Source: Bacillota bacterium
GTDB taxonomy: Bacteria > Bacillota > Dethiobacteria > DTU022 > UBA8154
NCBI GenBank assembly: GCA_012728375.1
Contig: JAAYFF010000080.1
Coordinates: forward strand, 167 to 64,166
Direction of reading: 5' to 3'
DNA length: 64,000 bases
Numbering within the stretch: the first letter of the stretch is position 1; each line of letters starts with the position of its first letter. The notes under the pieces were generated by a model. It ran no database searches, was not told where the DNA came from, and saw only the letters and a program-made list of their open reading frames with translations. Shown piece after piece: positions 1 to 9,135 of this stretch. The translations under genes and the position numbers were made by a program.

Positions 1-51
1 ATATAATTTTTTTTATATACATAGCAAAAGAATAAATGAGGTGAGCTGATT

Positions 52-810
52 TTGAAAGGAGTTATTGCCATAACAAACCAAAAAGGTGGTGTTGGAAAGA
101 CAACGACTGCAGTTAATTTAAGCGCTTGCCTTGCTACTTTGGGCAAAAAAGTTTTATTGCTGGATATTGATCCACAAGGAAATGCTACCAGTGGAATTGG
201 AATAGACAAAAAAAAAATAAAGCATTGTATTTACGATGCTTTGATTAATGATATTCCAATAGAAAAAATTATTTGCCAGAGTTCAATAAACGGGCTCGAT
301 GTTATTCCGGCAACAATTCAGCTTGCTGGTGCCGAAATAGAGCTAGTGCCCACATTATCGCGGGAAGTTAGGCTAAAAACAGTCTTGAAGGGGATAAGAA
401 ACAAGTATAGTTATATTTTTATTGATTGTCCGCCATCACTTGGGCTGTTGACATTAAATGCTTTGACTGCTGCTGATATTGTCCTGGTGCCAATACAATG
501 CGAATATTATGCCCTCGAAGGGCTGGGACAGCTTGTTAACACGATTAATCTCGTACAAAAACACCTTAACAATAAATTAAAAATACGCGGTGTTCTCTTG
601 ACAATGTATGATGCCAGAACAAATTTATCTTCACAAGTGGCTGAAGAAGTACGAAAATATTTTGGAGAAATTGTTTTTAATGCTGTCATTCCAAGAAATG
701 TGAGATTGAGTGAAGCACCAAGCTATGGACAATCAATAATTACCTATGATCCCCGGAGCAAAGGAGCTGAAGTGTATAAATTGCTGGCTGAGGAGGTGCT
801 CAACAGATGA
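52..810 (+). CDS. soj: Chromosome partitioning ATPase ParA/Soj
   Basis: TTG start with GAGGTGAG RBS; deviant Walker A 'KGGVGKTT'. Full-length similarity to Soj/ParA. Stop overlaps parB start. Confidence 0.92.
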   Translation: MKGVIAITNQKGGVGKTTTAVNLSACLATLGKKVLLLDIDPQGNATSGIGIDKKKIKHCIYDALINDIPIEKIICQSSINGLDVIPATIQLAGAEIELVPTLSREVRLKTVLKGIRNKYSYIFIDCPPSLGLLTLNALTAADIVLVPIQCEYYALEGLGQLVNTINLVQKHLNNKLKIRGVLLTMYDARTNLSSQVAEEVRKYFGEIVFNAVIPRNVRLSEAPSYGQSIITYDPRSKGAEVYKLLAEEVLNR

Positions 811-1691
811 ATAAAAAGCGGCTGGGCAAGGGGCTGAGTGCTTTGATTCCTGATATGAGTACCAATGATAATGCTTCTGCACCTTTACTTGGTAGAAAAC
901 TTGTGGAAATTCCTCTTGAAAAAATAAGAACAAACCCTGTACAACCTAGAAAAGAGTTTAACCAAGAAAAATTAGTGGAAATGGCCGGAACAATTCAACG
1001 ATATGGTGTTATTCAACCCATCTTAGTTGTTGAAGACGATGATCACTATACTATTATTGCCGGTGAACGGAGATTTAGAGCAGCTCAAATTGCCGGCCTT
1101 GAAACAATTCCTGCAGAAATACGTGACTTTAGTGCCGAGGAGCATACAGAAATTGCATTGATTGAAAATTTACAAAGGGAAGATCTTAACCCTATTGAAG
1201 AAGCCTTAGCTTATCACCGGCTTATTGAAGAATTTAACTTGACGCAGGATGAAGTTGCCAAGAAACTTGGACGCAGCCGTTCTTCTGTTGCGAATATTAT
1301 AAGGTTGTTGTCGCTCCCTGATGATATAAAAAATGAAATTATTTCCGGAAAGCTGACCCCTGGGCAAGTAAGACCAATTCTTTCCTTGCCTGATGAAGAT
1401 GAGCAAAGAAAAATTGCCGCTAAGATTATTAAAGAAAATTTAACGGCACGGCAAGTGGAAAAATATGTTCAAAACATAAAAAACAAAAGTCAAGCTAAAA
1501 ATGAAACAAAAAAGTCTGTTGTAGAAGAAAATCTCCAAACAGAAATTATTAAAGAGATGGAAGACAAGCTGCGCCAAAACTTTGGAACAAAAGTTTTTAT
1601 TACAAATAGGAAAAAAGAAGGAAAAATTGAATTTTACTTTTATAGTAATGAGGATCTTGATCGACTGCTCCAGTTGCTGTTAAAAGAATAA
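807..1691 (+). CDS. spo0J: Chromosome partitioning protein ParB/Spo0J
   Basis: ParB box 'GERRFRAAQIAGL' and HTH region. Immediately followed by a consensus parS. Confidence 0.92.
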   Translation: MNKKRLGKGLSALIPDMSTNDNASAPLLGRKLVEIPLEKIRTNPVQPRKEFNQEKLVEMAGTIQRYGVIQPILVVEDDDHYTIIAGERRFRAAQIAGLETIPAEIRDFSAEEHTEIALIENLQREDLNPIEEALAYHRLIEEFNLTQDEVAKKLGRSRSSVANIIRLLSLPDDIKNEIISGKLTPGQVRPILSLPDEDEQRKIAAKIIKENLTARQVEKYVQNIKNKSQAKNETKKSVVEENLQTEIIKEMEDKLRQNFGTKVFITNRKKEGKIEFYFYSNEDLDRLLQLLLKE

Positions 1692-1692
1692 A

Positions 1693-1708
1693 TGTTTCAC
1701 GTGAAACA
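1693..1708. promoter_or_regulatory. parS: parS centromere-like site (TGTTTCACGTGAAACA), core of a 30-bp perfect palindrome 1686-1715
   Basis: Exact 16-bp Firmicute parS consensus directly after the spo0J stop; flanks extend the dyad to 30 bp. Confidence 0.9.
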
Positions 1709-1732
1709 TTTATTCTTTGTGGGGGTGTTTTT

Positions 1733-2644
1733 TTGCGTTTGTTAAAAAGAAAGCGAATCTTTACGGTAATTGTTATTCCACACTCCGAAGATTCAGTTTT
1801 TAGTTTTCGCCTTTCCCTTCATTTTTTACAAATTTTTTGTCTTGTTTTGCTGGGATACGTCGTTTTTAGCATGGTAATCTATAATAATTATCAAATGGCA
1901 GAAAAAAAGCTGGCGTTAATGAAAAATATTGAAGATGAAAACCGCCATTTAAGGGAAAACATAGATAAATTAACGCAGGAGACGGAAAAATTAAAGTTGC
2001 AGTTGGCAGAGATGAATGTTTTAAGCAGCGAAATTAAAGTCCTTGCGGAATCGACACCGCTCCAGGAGAGAGGGGAAATCGAAATTTTTACAGGGCGGCG
2101 GGAAAATGAAAAAAGAACAGCAAGCAGGGGAGGAAATTCGGTCATCGATCGCGCCCAAATTAATATTTCTCTTCTTCAGCAATCAATTCCCGAAAAAAAC
2201 GAAGAGCTAAAGCAGCTTAAAGATGATTTGGAAGAATATCAAAGGAAACTTGCTTGTACTCCTTCCATCTGGCCGGCAAAAGGCAAAATTACGTCGCGCT
2301 TTGGGCAAAGGAAATCGCCCTTTAATGGTCAGAATGAAATCCATTATGGTCTTGATATTGCTGCTCCCCACGGCACATCCATATATGCCGCAGCAGACGG
2401 GAAGGTAATTGAAGCAGCATATCGCAGAGGTACCGGCTATGTAATTATTATTGATCACGGCTATAATTTTAAAACTCTTTATGCACATTTAGCAAGGTTT
2501 AACGTTAGTAAAGGGGATGTTGTTAAAAAGGGACAAGTTATCGGTTATGTGGGGAGCACGGGATATTCCACGGGGCCCCACCTCCATTATGAGGTCCATG
2601 TAAAAGGTGTTGCCGTTAATCCGGAAGAGTTTTTGGGAAAATAA
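1733..2644 (+). CDS. M23 (LytM-type) metallopeptidase with N-terminal TM segment and coiled-coil region
   Basis: TTG start after GGGGGTG RBS. TM helix then coiled coil. M23 motifs 'HYGLD' (HxxxD) and 'HLHYEV' (HxH) are intact. Confidence 0.8.
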   Translation: MRLLKRKRIFTVIVIPHSEDSVFSFRLSLHFLQIFCLVLLGYVVFSMVIYNNYQMAEKKLALMKNIEDENRHLRENIDKLTQETEKLKLQLAEMNVLSSEIKVLAESTPLQERGEIEIFTGRRENEKRTASRGGNSVIDRAQINISLLQQSIPEKNEELKQLKDDLEEYQRKLACTPSIWPAKGKITSRFGQRKSPFNGQNEIHYGLDIAAPHGTSIYAAADGKVIEAAYRRGTGYVIIIDHGYNFKTLYAHLARFNVSKGDVVKKGQVIGYVGSTGYSTGPHLHYEVHVKGVAVNPEEFLGK

Positions 2645-2665
2645 GAAAAGGAAGGTAGATTTTTA

Positions 2666-3175
2666 TTGTTTAGAAAGGAAAAGGCGGGAGCAAACAGTAA
2701 ATTAATCGATACCATAATAGGGTCTAAAACTTCCATGTCCGGGGAGCTTTTTACTAAAGGTATTGTTCGTATTGACGGACATTTTAAAGGGGATGTGTTT
2801 ACAGAAAGCGATTTCATTGTTGGGGAAAACGCCAATGTTGAAGGTAATATTAAATGTATGAATGCTGCAGTAGCGGGCAAGTTACAGGGCAACATTGAGG
2901 CAGAGGCTAAATTGGAAATTTTTAAGTCAGGTATAATTATGGGGGATATAAAGGTTGGGAATTTGATGGTAGAAGAAGGAGCCATTTTTACCGGAAAATG
3001 TTTAATGGGCGGACGGGAAATAGAAGATACTGAAGAGGCTAAAAAAAATCATTTGCATCATAAAATAAAAGAAGAGCAGGCGGAGGAGAAAAGCGAGGAT
3101 AATAACAAAGTTTTGCCAAAGGGTAAGCAGAAAAATTCTACTATTAACATAAACAGGCAGGCAGTAAATAAATAA
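2666..3175 (+). CDS. Bactofilin (CcmA/DUF583 beta-helical cytoskeletal protein)
   Basis: Repetitive beta-helix pattern 'IVRIDGHFKGDVFTESDFIVGENANVEGNIKC...' typical of the bactofilin domain. K/E-rich C-terminal tail. Confidence 0.75.
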   Translation: MFRKEKAGANSKLIDTIIGSKTSMSGELFTKGIVRIDGHFKGDVFTESDFIVGENANVEGNIKCMNAAVAGKLQGNIEAEAKLEIFKSGIIMGDIKVGNLMVEEGAIFTGKCLMGGREIEDTEEAKKNHLHHKIKEEQAEEKSEDNNKVLPKGKQKNSTININRQAVNK

Positions 3176-3230
3176 GTCTTAGGTAAGCTTTTGCGGCAAA
3201 GGGATGTTTATTTTAAAACAGGATGGCCTT

Positions 3231-3806
3231 CTAGAAAAGGCAGGGAAGTGCTTGGACAATTCCCCAGCTGATAAAGCGGGCAAGTTTGATGACAAGGCTT
3301 AGCCTTGTGCTTTGCAGGACCATAAACTCCATAAATCCTCCAATATTAACAATTCCGGTAATATAAAGGTCCCCAACAGAAGGAAGCTTTTTTTGAACTG
3401 CAGCGCCGGGTCTAATGCTGCCTTTTCCAAGTTCAATACAACCAATATTTTGTTTTTGCCCCAGAGAAGCATCAATTGCAAGGATAATGGGAGAAGAATG
3501 ATTTGCAGCGATAAAGGCCAGTTTTTGTTCAAAGTTAAGAGCATGAACGGGTTCAGATAGCGTTCCCATAATTTTTGTGTTTTTGAGCGGATATGCCTGC
3601 AGCATGCTTCCAACCAGCGGTCCCAAAGCGTCTCCTGTAGATCTGTCGCTTCCTATACAAAGGATGAGCAGTTCGCAGGATGAACGGGGGATGCTGTTTA
3701 ATATTTGGCGAAGAGTGAGGATAAAAGCGTCGGCAGCTCCCTCAATTTCGGGATTAATAATTATTTTATTTTCTTCCGTTGGAAGCGTGTTTTTAAAAAA
3801 GTTCAT
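3231..3806 (-). CDS. yyaC: Spore protease YyaC (GPR-like)
   Basis: ATG start with GGAG RBS. Similar to the YyaC family and in the same position relative to spo0J as in B. subtilis. Confidence 0.6.
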   Translation of the reverse strand: MNFFKNTLPTEENKIIINPEIEGAADAFILTLRQILNSIPRSSCELLILCIGSDRSTGDALGPLVGSMLQAYPLKNTKIMGTLSEPVHALNFEQKLAFIAANHSSPIILAIDASLGQKQNIGCIELGKGSIRPGAAVQKKLPSVGDLYITGIVNIGGFMEFMVLQSTRLSLVIKLARFISWGIVQALPCLF

Positions 3807-3984
3807 AAATTATCTCCAGTTCTAAAAGAATTGATATTGCTTCTATTTCTAGTCATTATACCTGATGAAAAAGAAAATTATGTATTTAAGGAAGGATTTT
3901 TGCTCGTCTTTGAAGAACATATAGGAGCATTTAAGTAAATGATTTATCCATAAGCTCATGAAAGAAAAAAGGAGGAATATTGAT

Positions 3985-4635
3985 ATGCATCTGATAATTA
4001 TGGGGCCTCCCGGCGCAGGAAAAGGAACCCAGGCGGAAAGACTAACAAAGGAGTTTTCCCTCTTGCATATCTCGACTGGTGATATATTTCGAAATGCTGT
4101 AAAAGAGGGAACCGAGATGGGCAAGAAGGCCAAGGAATATATGGATAAAGGGGCCCTTGTACCGGATGAAATTGTTATTGGTATTGTTCGGGACAGGTTG
4201 TCCAAGCCTGATTGTGCCGGAGGAGTGTTGTTGGACGGCTTTCCAAGAACTTTGGAACAAGCAGAAGCGTTGGATGAAGTATTAAAGGAACTAGGAATGG
4301 TTTTTGATGCTGTTATTAATATTGATGTGAATGAAGAAGAATTAATAAATCGGCTGACAGGGAGAAGAGTCTGCAGGAATTGTGGTACAACATATCATAT
4401 TAAATTTAATCCTCCGAAGGTGAGAACTATCTGTGACCATTGCGGAGGAGAACTGTATCAAAGAAGCGATGATACTATTGAAACAGTTAAAGAAAGGCTT
4501 GTCGTTTACAAGAAACAGACTATGCCGATGATAGAATATTATGAGCGCAAGGGAATTTTGAAAAATTTTGACGGGGCCAGGGATATAAATGAAGTATTTA
4601 CAGATATAAAAACCTATTTGGAAGGTATAAAATAG
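3985..4635 (+). CDS. adk: Adenylate kinase with 4-Cys zinc LID
   Basis: P-loop '[10 protein letters not shown]' and LID 'CRNCGTTYH...CDHCGG'. GGAGG RBS 9 nt before the ATG at 3985; the ORF-track start at 3958 is probably too early. Confidence 0.9.
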   Translation: MHLIIMGPPGAGKGTQAERLTKEFSLLHISTGDIFRNAVKEGTEMGKKAKEYMDKGALVPDEIVIGIVRDRLSKPDCAGGVLLDGFPRTLEQAEALDEVLKELGMVFDAVINIDVNEEELINRLTGRRVCRNCGTTYHIKFNPPKVRTICDHCGGELYQRSDDTIETVKERLVVYKKQTMPMIEYYERKGILKNFDGARDINEVFTDIKTYLEGIK

Positions 4636-4702
4636 GACATAAAATAAAATAGAGATTAATGGAAAAAATAATCATGCAATTAGAGCAAATTGCAGCAAGA
4701 AG

Positions 4703-4733
4703 TTGTTATGTTGGCGGAGTTTTTCTCCGCCAT
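4703..4733 (+). terminator. Rho-independent terminator downstream of adk
   Basis: GGCGGAG-ttttt-CTCCGCC hairpin followed by a T-rich tract. Confidence 0.5.
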
Positions 4734-4786
4734 ATTCTTCTTGCTGTTATTATTGCAGTCAGGCTTTGTAGCTAAGGAGATGCGGA

Positions 4787-4969
4787 ATGTATAAGCTGGG
4801 TCAAGTAGTCAGATTAAAGAAGAAACACCCTTGCGGGGAGGATCGCTGGGTTATTATTCGCATAGGTATGGACTTTCGCATTAAATGTTTAAAATGCAAA
4901 AGAAGCGTTCTAATACCCCGACTAAGATTTGAACGAATGGTGAGAGAAATATTGCAGGACCAGGAATGA
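4787..4969 (+). CDS. DUF951 family small protein (YyzM-like)
   Basis: 60-aa protein with 'HPCGEDRW...CLKCKR' Cys pairs. Sits next to ychF as yyzM does in B. subtilis. Confidence 0.6.
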   Translation: MYKLGQVVRLKKKHPCGEDRWVIIRIGMDFRIKCLKCKRSVLIPRLRFERMVREILQDQE

Positions 4970-5006
4970 AGAATTCCATAAATTTTTCTAAATTGAGGCG
5001 ATAAAA

Positions 5007-6107
5007 ATGGGATTTAAATGCGGTATAGTAGGCTTGCCAAATGTGGGGAAGTCAACGTTGTTTACAGCCTTGTCCAACTTTCAGGTGGAAAGGGCAAATT
5101 TTCCCTTTTGTACGATAGAACCCAATAAGGGAATCATCCCCCTGCAAGATAATCGCCTCTTTCAAGTGGGAGAAATTGTGGGGGCGCAGACAGTTACTCC
5201 GGCAACACTAACAATTGTAGATATTGCAGGCTTAATCAAAGGCGCCAGCAAGGGAGAAGGTCTTGGCAATCGATTTTTAGCCCATATTAGGGAGATGGAT
5301 CTCCTTCTCCATGTGGTGAGAGGGTTTCGTTCGCCGGAGGTGGTTCATGTAACCGGGAATCCCTCCCCGCGTAGGGATATAGAAATTGTTGAGTTGGAAT
5401 TGATTCTGGCAGATTTGGCTGTTGTCGAGAAACGATTGGAAAAAGCGGCTAAGCTGCTCAGAGTAGGCACTAAAGAAGTATTGCAGGAGAAGTCCCTGTT
5501 AGAACGGCTGGCACACCATCTCAACAGCGGAAAACCTGCCAGGAGTTTTCCCTCCGATGACGATGAAAAAAGAATAATCAAAAGCTGGCAGCTTTTAACT
5601 GAAAAACCGGTAATTTTTATTATTAACATCGGAGAAGAAAGTTTAGTTGACGGCAATGCCCGGGAAGTTGTGGAAGAAGCCCGTAAGGCTGCGGAGGAAA
5701 GAAAAGCTCCATTTATTAGCATTTGCGCCTCCCTTGAAGCTGAGATGCTCTCCCTGAAAGAAGATGAAAAAGATCTTTTTCTTCAGGAATACGGCATTAA
5801 AGAAAGCGGTCTTTCCCTGGTAACCCGTCTCGGCTATTCGTGCCTCGATCTTATTACATTCTTTACAGTTAAAGGGAAAGAGACCAAAGCATGGCCTGTT
5901 AAGGAAGGCACGACGGCCAGGGAAGGCGCGGGTAAGATTCATAGTGATATGGAAAGGGGCTTTATAGCAGCGGAAGTTATCCCCTGGCAGGAACTCATGG
6001 AAGCGGGCTCCCTTGTAGCTGCCAGGGAAAGGGGAGCGTTGCGGCTGGAAGGGAGAGAGTATTTAATTAAAGATGGGGATGTCATTTCGTTCCGTTTTAA
6101 AGTATAG
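5007..6107 (+). CDS. ychF: Ribosome-binding ATPase YchF (Obg-family GTPase)
   Basis: G1 motif 'GIVGLPNVGKSTLF'. C-terminal TGS domain. Length 366 aa. Confidence 0.92.
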   Translation: MGFKCGIVGLPNVGKSTLFTALSNFQVERANFPFCTIEPNKGIIPLQDNRLFQVGEIVGAQTVTPATLTIVDIAGLIKGASKGEGLGNRFLAHIREMDLLLHVVRGFRSPEVVHVTGNPSPRRDIEIVELELILADLAVVEKRLEKAAKLLRVGTKEVLQEKSLLERLAHHLNSGKPARSFPSDDDEKRIIKSWQLLTEKPVIFIINIGEESLVDGNAREVVEEARKAAEERKAPFISICASLEAEMLSLKEDEKDLFLQEYGIKESGLSLVTRLGYSCLDLITFFTVKGKETKAWPVKEGTTAREGAGKIHSDMERGFIAAEVIPWQELMEAGSLVAARERGALRLEGREYLIKDGDVISFRFKV

Positions 6108-6139
6108 CAAGTTATGAAATCGCTCGGAGAGAAAAAGGC

Positions 6140-7156
6140 ATGGCAAACAGCGCAAAAATTGTTTTGTTAATTTCGCTTCTTGTCGGGCTTGTGTGGTTTG
6201 TGTATAAGATTTCGTGGGTTCTTGAACTGATAATTATCAGCCTTTTGATCGTCTATGTCCTTTTTCCCATTACGGAATATTTAAAAGAAAAAAGGAAGGC
6301 ATCACATCTCATTGCCGTTATTGTTACGTTTACTTGTTTTCTGGTTCTAATTTTTATCCTGCTGGTTCTTGTCGTCCCTGTTGTCCAGGAAGAGATTCAG
6401 GCAATTGCCCGCGATTTGCCGAATTATATTGTCCTGATCCAGCGTTATGTTGAAGATGTAGCGGAATATTTGATGGATTATGATGTTGGGCCGGAGATCA
6501 TAGATTTTGTCCGCACTCTCTCTACAAATTTAAAGCCGGTTTTCGAAGAGCTGGCCTCCTTTAGCATCTCAATTCTTTTCGGCTTTGTTGATATCTTTTT
6601 TATCATGTTTATTGTTTTCTATCTGCTCTATGATTTCCATAATATCCGCCGCACGATCATTAAAATTTTACCCGATAGGTACAAATTCTACGGCGAAGAA
6701 TTTATGGCCATTATTGATCGCAATTTTGGCAACTATATCAGGGGAAACGTCATTCGTTGCACGATAGTGGGACTCTTAACCGGCATAATTCTTTTTATAG
6801 TGGGCATGCCCTATTCGCTTTTGCTGGGTATTCTGGCCGGAGTATTAAACATTATACTTTATATCGGGCCCTATCTCGCCGCAATCCCGGCGGTTATTTT
6901 AAGCTTTTCCCCCCATACGCCTTCACCAATTATTGTTATCATTATCTATATTGTCGTACAAACCATTGATGGAGTTTTGCTCACGCCAACGCTTCTGGGG
7001 CGCGCTGTTAAGCTGAAACCAATTACCGTTATCGTTTCCTTGTTAATCGGTCAGCAGCTGGCCGGTGCTTTAGGAATGATCTTGTCCACTCCGGTGGCAG
7101 GAATTATCAGGAGTATAATGGAATTTATGGAGCATGAAAAGAAAAATACAAAATAA
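6140..7156 (+). CDS. AI-2E family transporter (PerM/UPF0118 membrane protein)
   Basis: Polytopic membrane protein with the characteristic 'NIILYIGPYLAAIPAVILSF' region. Confidence 0.7.
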   Translation: MANSAKIVLLISLLVGLVWFVYKISWVLELIIISLLIVYVLFPITEYLKEKRKASHLIAVIVTFTCFLVLIFILLVLVVPVVQEEIQAIARDLPNYIVLIQRYVEDVAEYLMDYDVGPEIIDFVRTLSTNLKPVFEELASFSISILFGFVDIFFIMFIVFYLLYDFHNIRRTIIKILPDRYKFYGEEFMAIIDRNFGNYIRGNVIRCTIVGLLTGIILFIVGMPYSLLLGILAGVLNIILYIGPYLAAIPAVILSFSPHTPSPIIVIIIYIVVQTIDGVLLTPTLLGRAVKLKPITVIVSLLIGQQLAGALGMILSTPVAGIIRSIMEFMEHEKKNTK

Positions 7157-7215
7157 TGCAAAGACCTTTTGCGCCATTAAATTTTTGGTTTAAATAATTT
7201 AAAAAATGCCGTTAC

Positions 7216-7244
7216 TTGCGCGAGGCGTTCGGTTGTGTTATGAT
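7216..7244 (+). promoter_or_regulatory. Candidate sigma-A promoter of the rpsF-ssb-rpsR operon
   Basis: TTGCGC-N17-TATGAT about 100 nt upstream of rpsF. Confidence 0.3.
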
Positions 7245-7341
7245 TATTGCCGTAATGTCCGCGTAAGTAAGGGGCAAAATGCTTATTAACCCTGCTTCCT
7301 CTGCCGGGGGAGGCCGTTAGTCCGAAGGGAGGTGAAAATAT

Positions 7342-7701
7342 ATGCCCATGTACGAGGTAATGTTTATTATTCAGCCGGATATGGAAGGCGACCTTCTTGA
7401 AGAAGCAATAAACAGGGTCCGGGATATCGTGGAGAAAGAAGGAGCCCGGATCGTTAGCCTTAAAAGGATAGGCAAACGAAGGCTGGCCTATGAAATTAAT
7501 GATTTTAAAGAAGGTTATTATGTCCTGCTCAATATTGAGGCTGAACGCACTATTGTTCCGGTTTTGGAACACTTCTTTAAGGTCACGGAAGGATATCTTC
7601 GCTATATCGTGATCCGCCTGGAACAGGAAAAAGAAAAAGAAAAAGAAAAAGAGGACAACAAGGAAAGCGTCGAAGAAAATGCTGAAAATGCAGAAAAATA
7701 A
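7342..7701 (+). CDS. rpsF: 30S ribosomal protein S6
   Basis: 'MYEVMFIIQPD' N-terminus. Strong GGGAGGTG RBS. Acidic EKEKEKE tail. Confidence 0.95.
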   Translation: MPMYEVMFIIQPDMEGDLLEEAINRVRDIVEKEGARIVSLKRIGKRRLAYEINDFKEGYYVLLNIEAERTIVPVLEHFFKVTEGYLRYIVIRLEQEKEKEKEKEDNKESVEENAENAEK

Positions 7702-7778
7702 ATTGTAATCGTTGATTTATGCCTTAAAAGGCAAAGGCGGGCCGGGCGATATAACTGTTTATACCATGAGGTGATAAG

Positions 7779-8186
7779 ATGTTAAACAGAATCATATTGA
7801 TCGGACGGCTGGCACAAGATCCGGAACTGCGGTATACACCGACAGAAGGGGTGGCGGTAGCCACCTTTAGCCTGGCGGTTGAACGTCCTTTTGCCAACCA
7901 GAAAGGCGAAAAAGAAGTTGATTTTATTCGAATTGTCGTTTGGAGGAAGCAGGCTGAAAACTGCGCAAATTATTTAAGCAAGGGAAGATTGGTCGCCGTA
8001 GAAGGGCGGCTGCAACTTCGTTCTTATGAAGACAGGGACGGGATAAAAAGGACGATTGCCGAAGTCGTTGCTTCCAATGTCACTTTTCTTGGCGGACGCA
8101 AGGATATTTCCGAAAGCGGGGATAGTGCGACATCCATAAATGATGAAGAAAATTTTGACATGCAGAATGATGATATCCCCTTTTAA
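7779..8186 (+). CDS. ssb: Single-stranded DNA-binding protein
   Basis: OB-fold N-terminus and acidic C-terminal tail ending DDIPF. Confidence 0.95.
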   Translation: MLNRIILIGRLAQDPELRYTPTEGVAVATFSLAVERPFANQKGEKEVDFIRIVVWRKQAENCANYLSKGRLVAVEGRLQLRSYEDRDGIKRTIAEVVASNVTFLGGRKDISESGDSATSINDEENFDMQNDDIPF

Positions 8187-8238
8187 AAGATGGACAATAA
8201 ACAAATGAGGAGGCCTAAATTGTCTTCAACTTTTCCGG

Positions 8239-8484
8239 TTGTGGGCAGAGTGGAAAATGAAGAAGGAGAAAAGAAAAGGCAAGAAAAGAGTTTGCAATTT
8301 TTGTGTGGACAAAGTTGAATATATCGATTATAAATTTGCTGACAAGCTTCGCCGTTTTATAACGGAGCGCGGCAAAATTTTACCAAGGCGTATTTCCGGG
8401 AACTGCGCCAAGCATCAGAGGCAATTGACTACAGCCATTAAACGGGCTAGGCAGATGGCTCTATTGCCATATACGTCGGAGTAA
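8239..8484 (+). CDS. rpsR: 30S ribosomal protein S18
   Basis: '[33 protein letters not shown]'. Start uncertain: TTG 8239 or ATG 8257, and neither has a well-spaced RBS. Confidence 0.9.
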   Translation: MWAEWKMKKEKRKGKKRVCNFCVDKVEYIDYKFADKLRRFITERGKILPRRISGNCAKHQRQLTTAIKRARQMALLPYTSE

Positions 8485-8488
8485 AAAG

Positions 8489-8520
8489 AAGCGGTAGCTC
8501 GTCAGGGTTACCGCTTTTCT
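8489..8520 (+). terminator. Rho-independent terminator after rpsR
   Basis: AAGCGGTA / TACCGCTT 8-bp stem with a 12-nt loop, followed by TTTTCT. Confidence 0.6.
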
Positions 8521-8633
8521 ATGCGAAAAAATTTTGGTGCTGCGTAATACACAAAAATTAGCTTTTCATGCTGTGAAGGAAATCCTCCGGGCAAAGCGAA
8601 TTAATTCATGTTGTAAGAAGGGAGTTGGGGATA

Positions 8634-9080
8634 ATGAAAATTATTTTAACCGAGGACGTTCGCGACCTGGGAGAAAAAGGAGAAGTGAAGGAAGTTTCCC
8701 CGGGATACGCACGGAACTATCTAATTCCAAAAGGCTTAGCCGTCGAAGCAACCCAGGGTCAGCTCAGGGCGCTTAAAGCCAAACAGGAAATATTATCCCG
8801 AAAAAATGCCAAGGAAGAAAAGACAGCGAGGGAATTAGCGGCAAAGCTTAGTGGAAAATCATTCGCCATAAAAGTAAAGGCCGGAGAAAGTGGACGCCTT
8901 TTTGGCTCGGTAACTGCGGCAGATTTAGCCGAGATGCTGGAAAAAAACGGTTTTAACGTGGATAAGAAAAAAATTGAACTTACAGAGCCTATCAAAGAAC
9001 TGGGGGAATTTACAATCCAGGTAAAACTTCATCCGGAAGTCCGCGTTCCCATTCAAGTAACTATTGAAGCCGGGGAATAG
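8634..9080 (+). CDS. rplI: 50S ribosomal protein L9
   Basis: 'MKIILTEDVRDLGEKGEVKEVSPGYARNYLIPKGLA'; start taken at this ATG. Note that in B. subtilis yybS/gdpP lie between rpsR and rplI and are absent here. Confidence 0.93.
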   Translation: MKIILTEDVRDLGEKGEVKEVSPGYARNYLIPKGLAVEATQGQLRALKAKQEILSRKNAKEEKTARELAAKLSGKSFAIKVKAGESGRLFGSVTAADLAEMLEKNGFNVDKKKIELTEPIKELGEFTIQVKLHPEVRVPIQVTIEAGE

Positions 9081-9135
9081 AAGGGTTTGTGGAAGGGAGG
9101 CGGCAGGGTTTTACGGATTTGTCCTGCCAGTCAAG

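Noticed and set aside
4659-4775. 38-codon hydrophobic ORF (MEKIIMQLEQIAARSCYVGGVFLRHILLAVIIAVRLCS) between adk and the DUF951 gene
   Set aside because: It spans the adk terminator hairpin (GGCGGAG/CTCCGCC), lacks a convincing RBS, and its composition is dictated by the hairpin and T-tract.
7627-7652. GAAAAA-type tandem repeat
   Set aside because: It lies inside rpsF and encodes the acidic EKEKEKE tail. It is not a CRISPR array or intergenic microsatellite. No CRISPR-like arrays occur anywhere in the window.
8534-8776. 80-aa ORF overlapping the rplI start in another frame
   Set aside because: Arg/Ser-rich low-complexity translation of the rplI leader and N-terminus. rplI is well supported.
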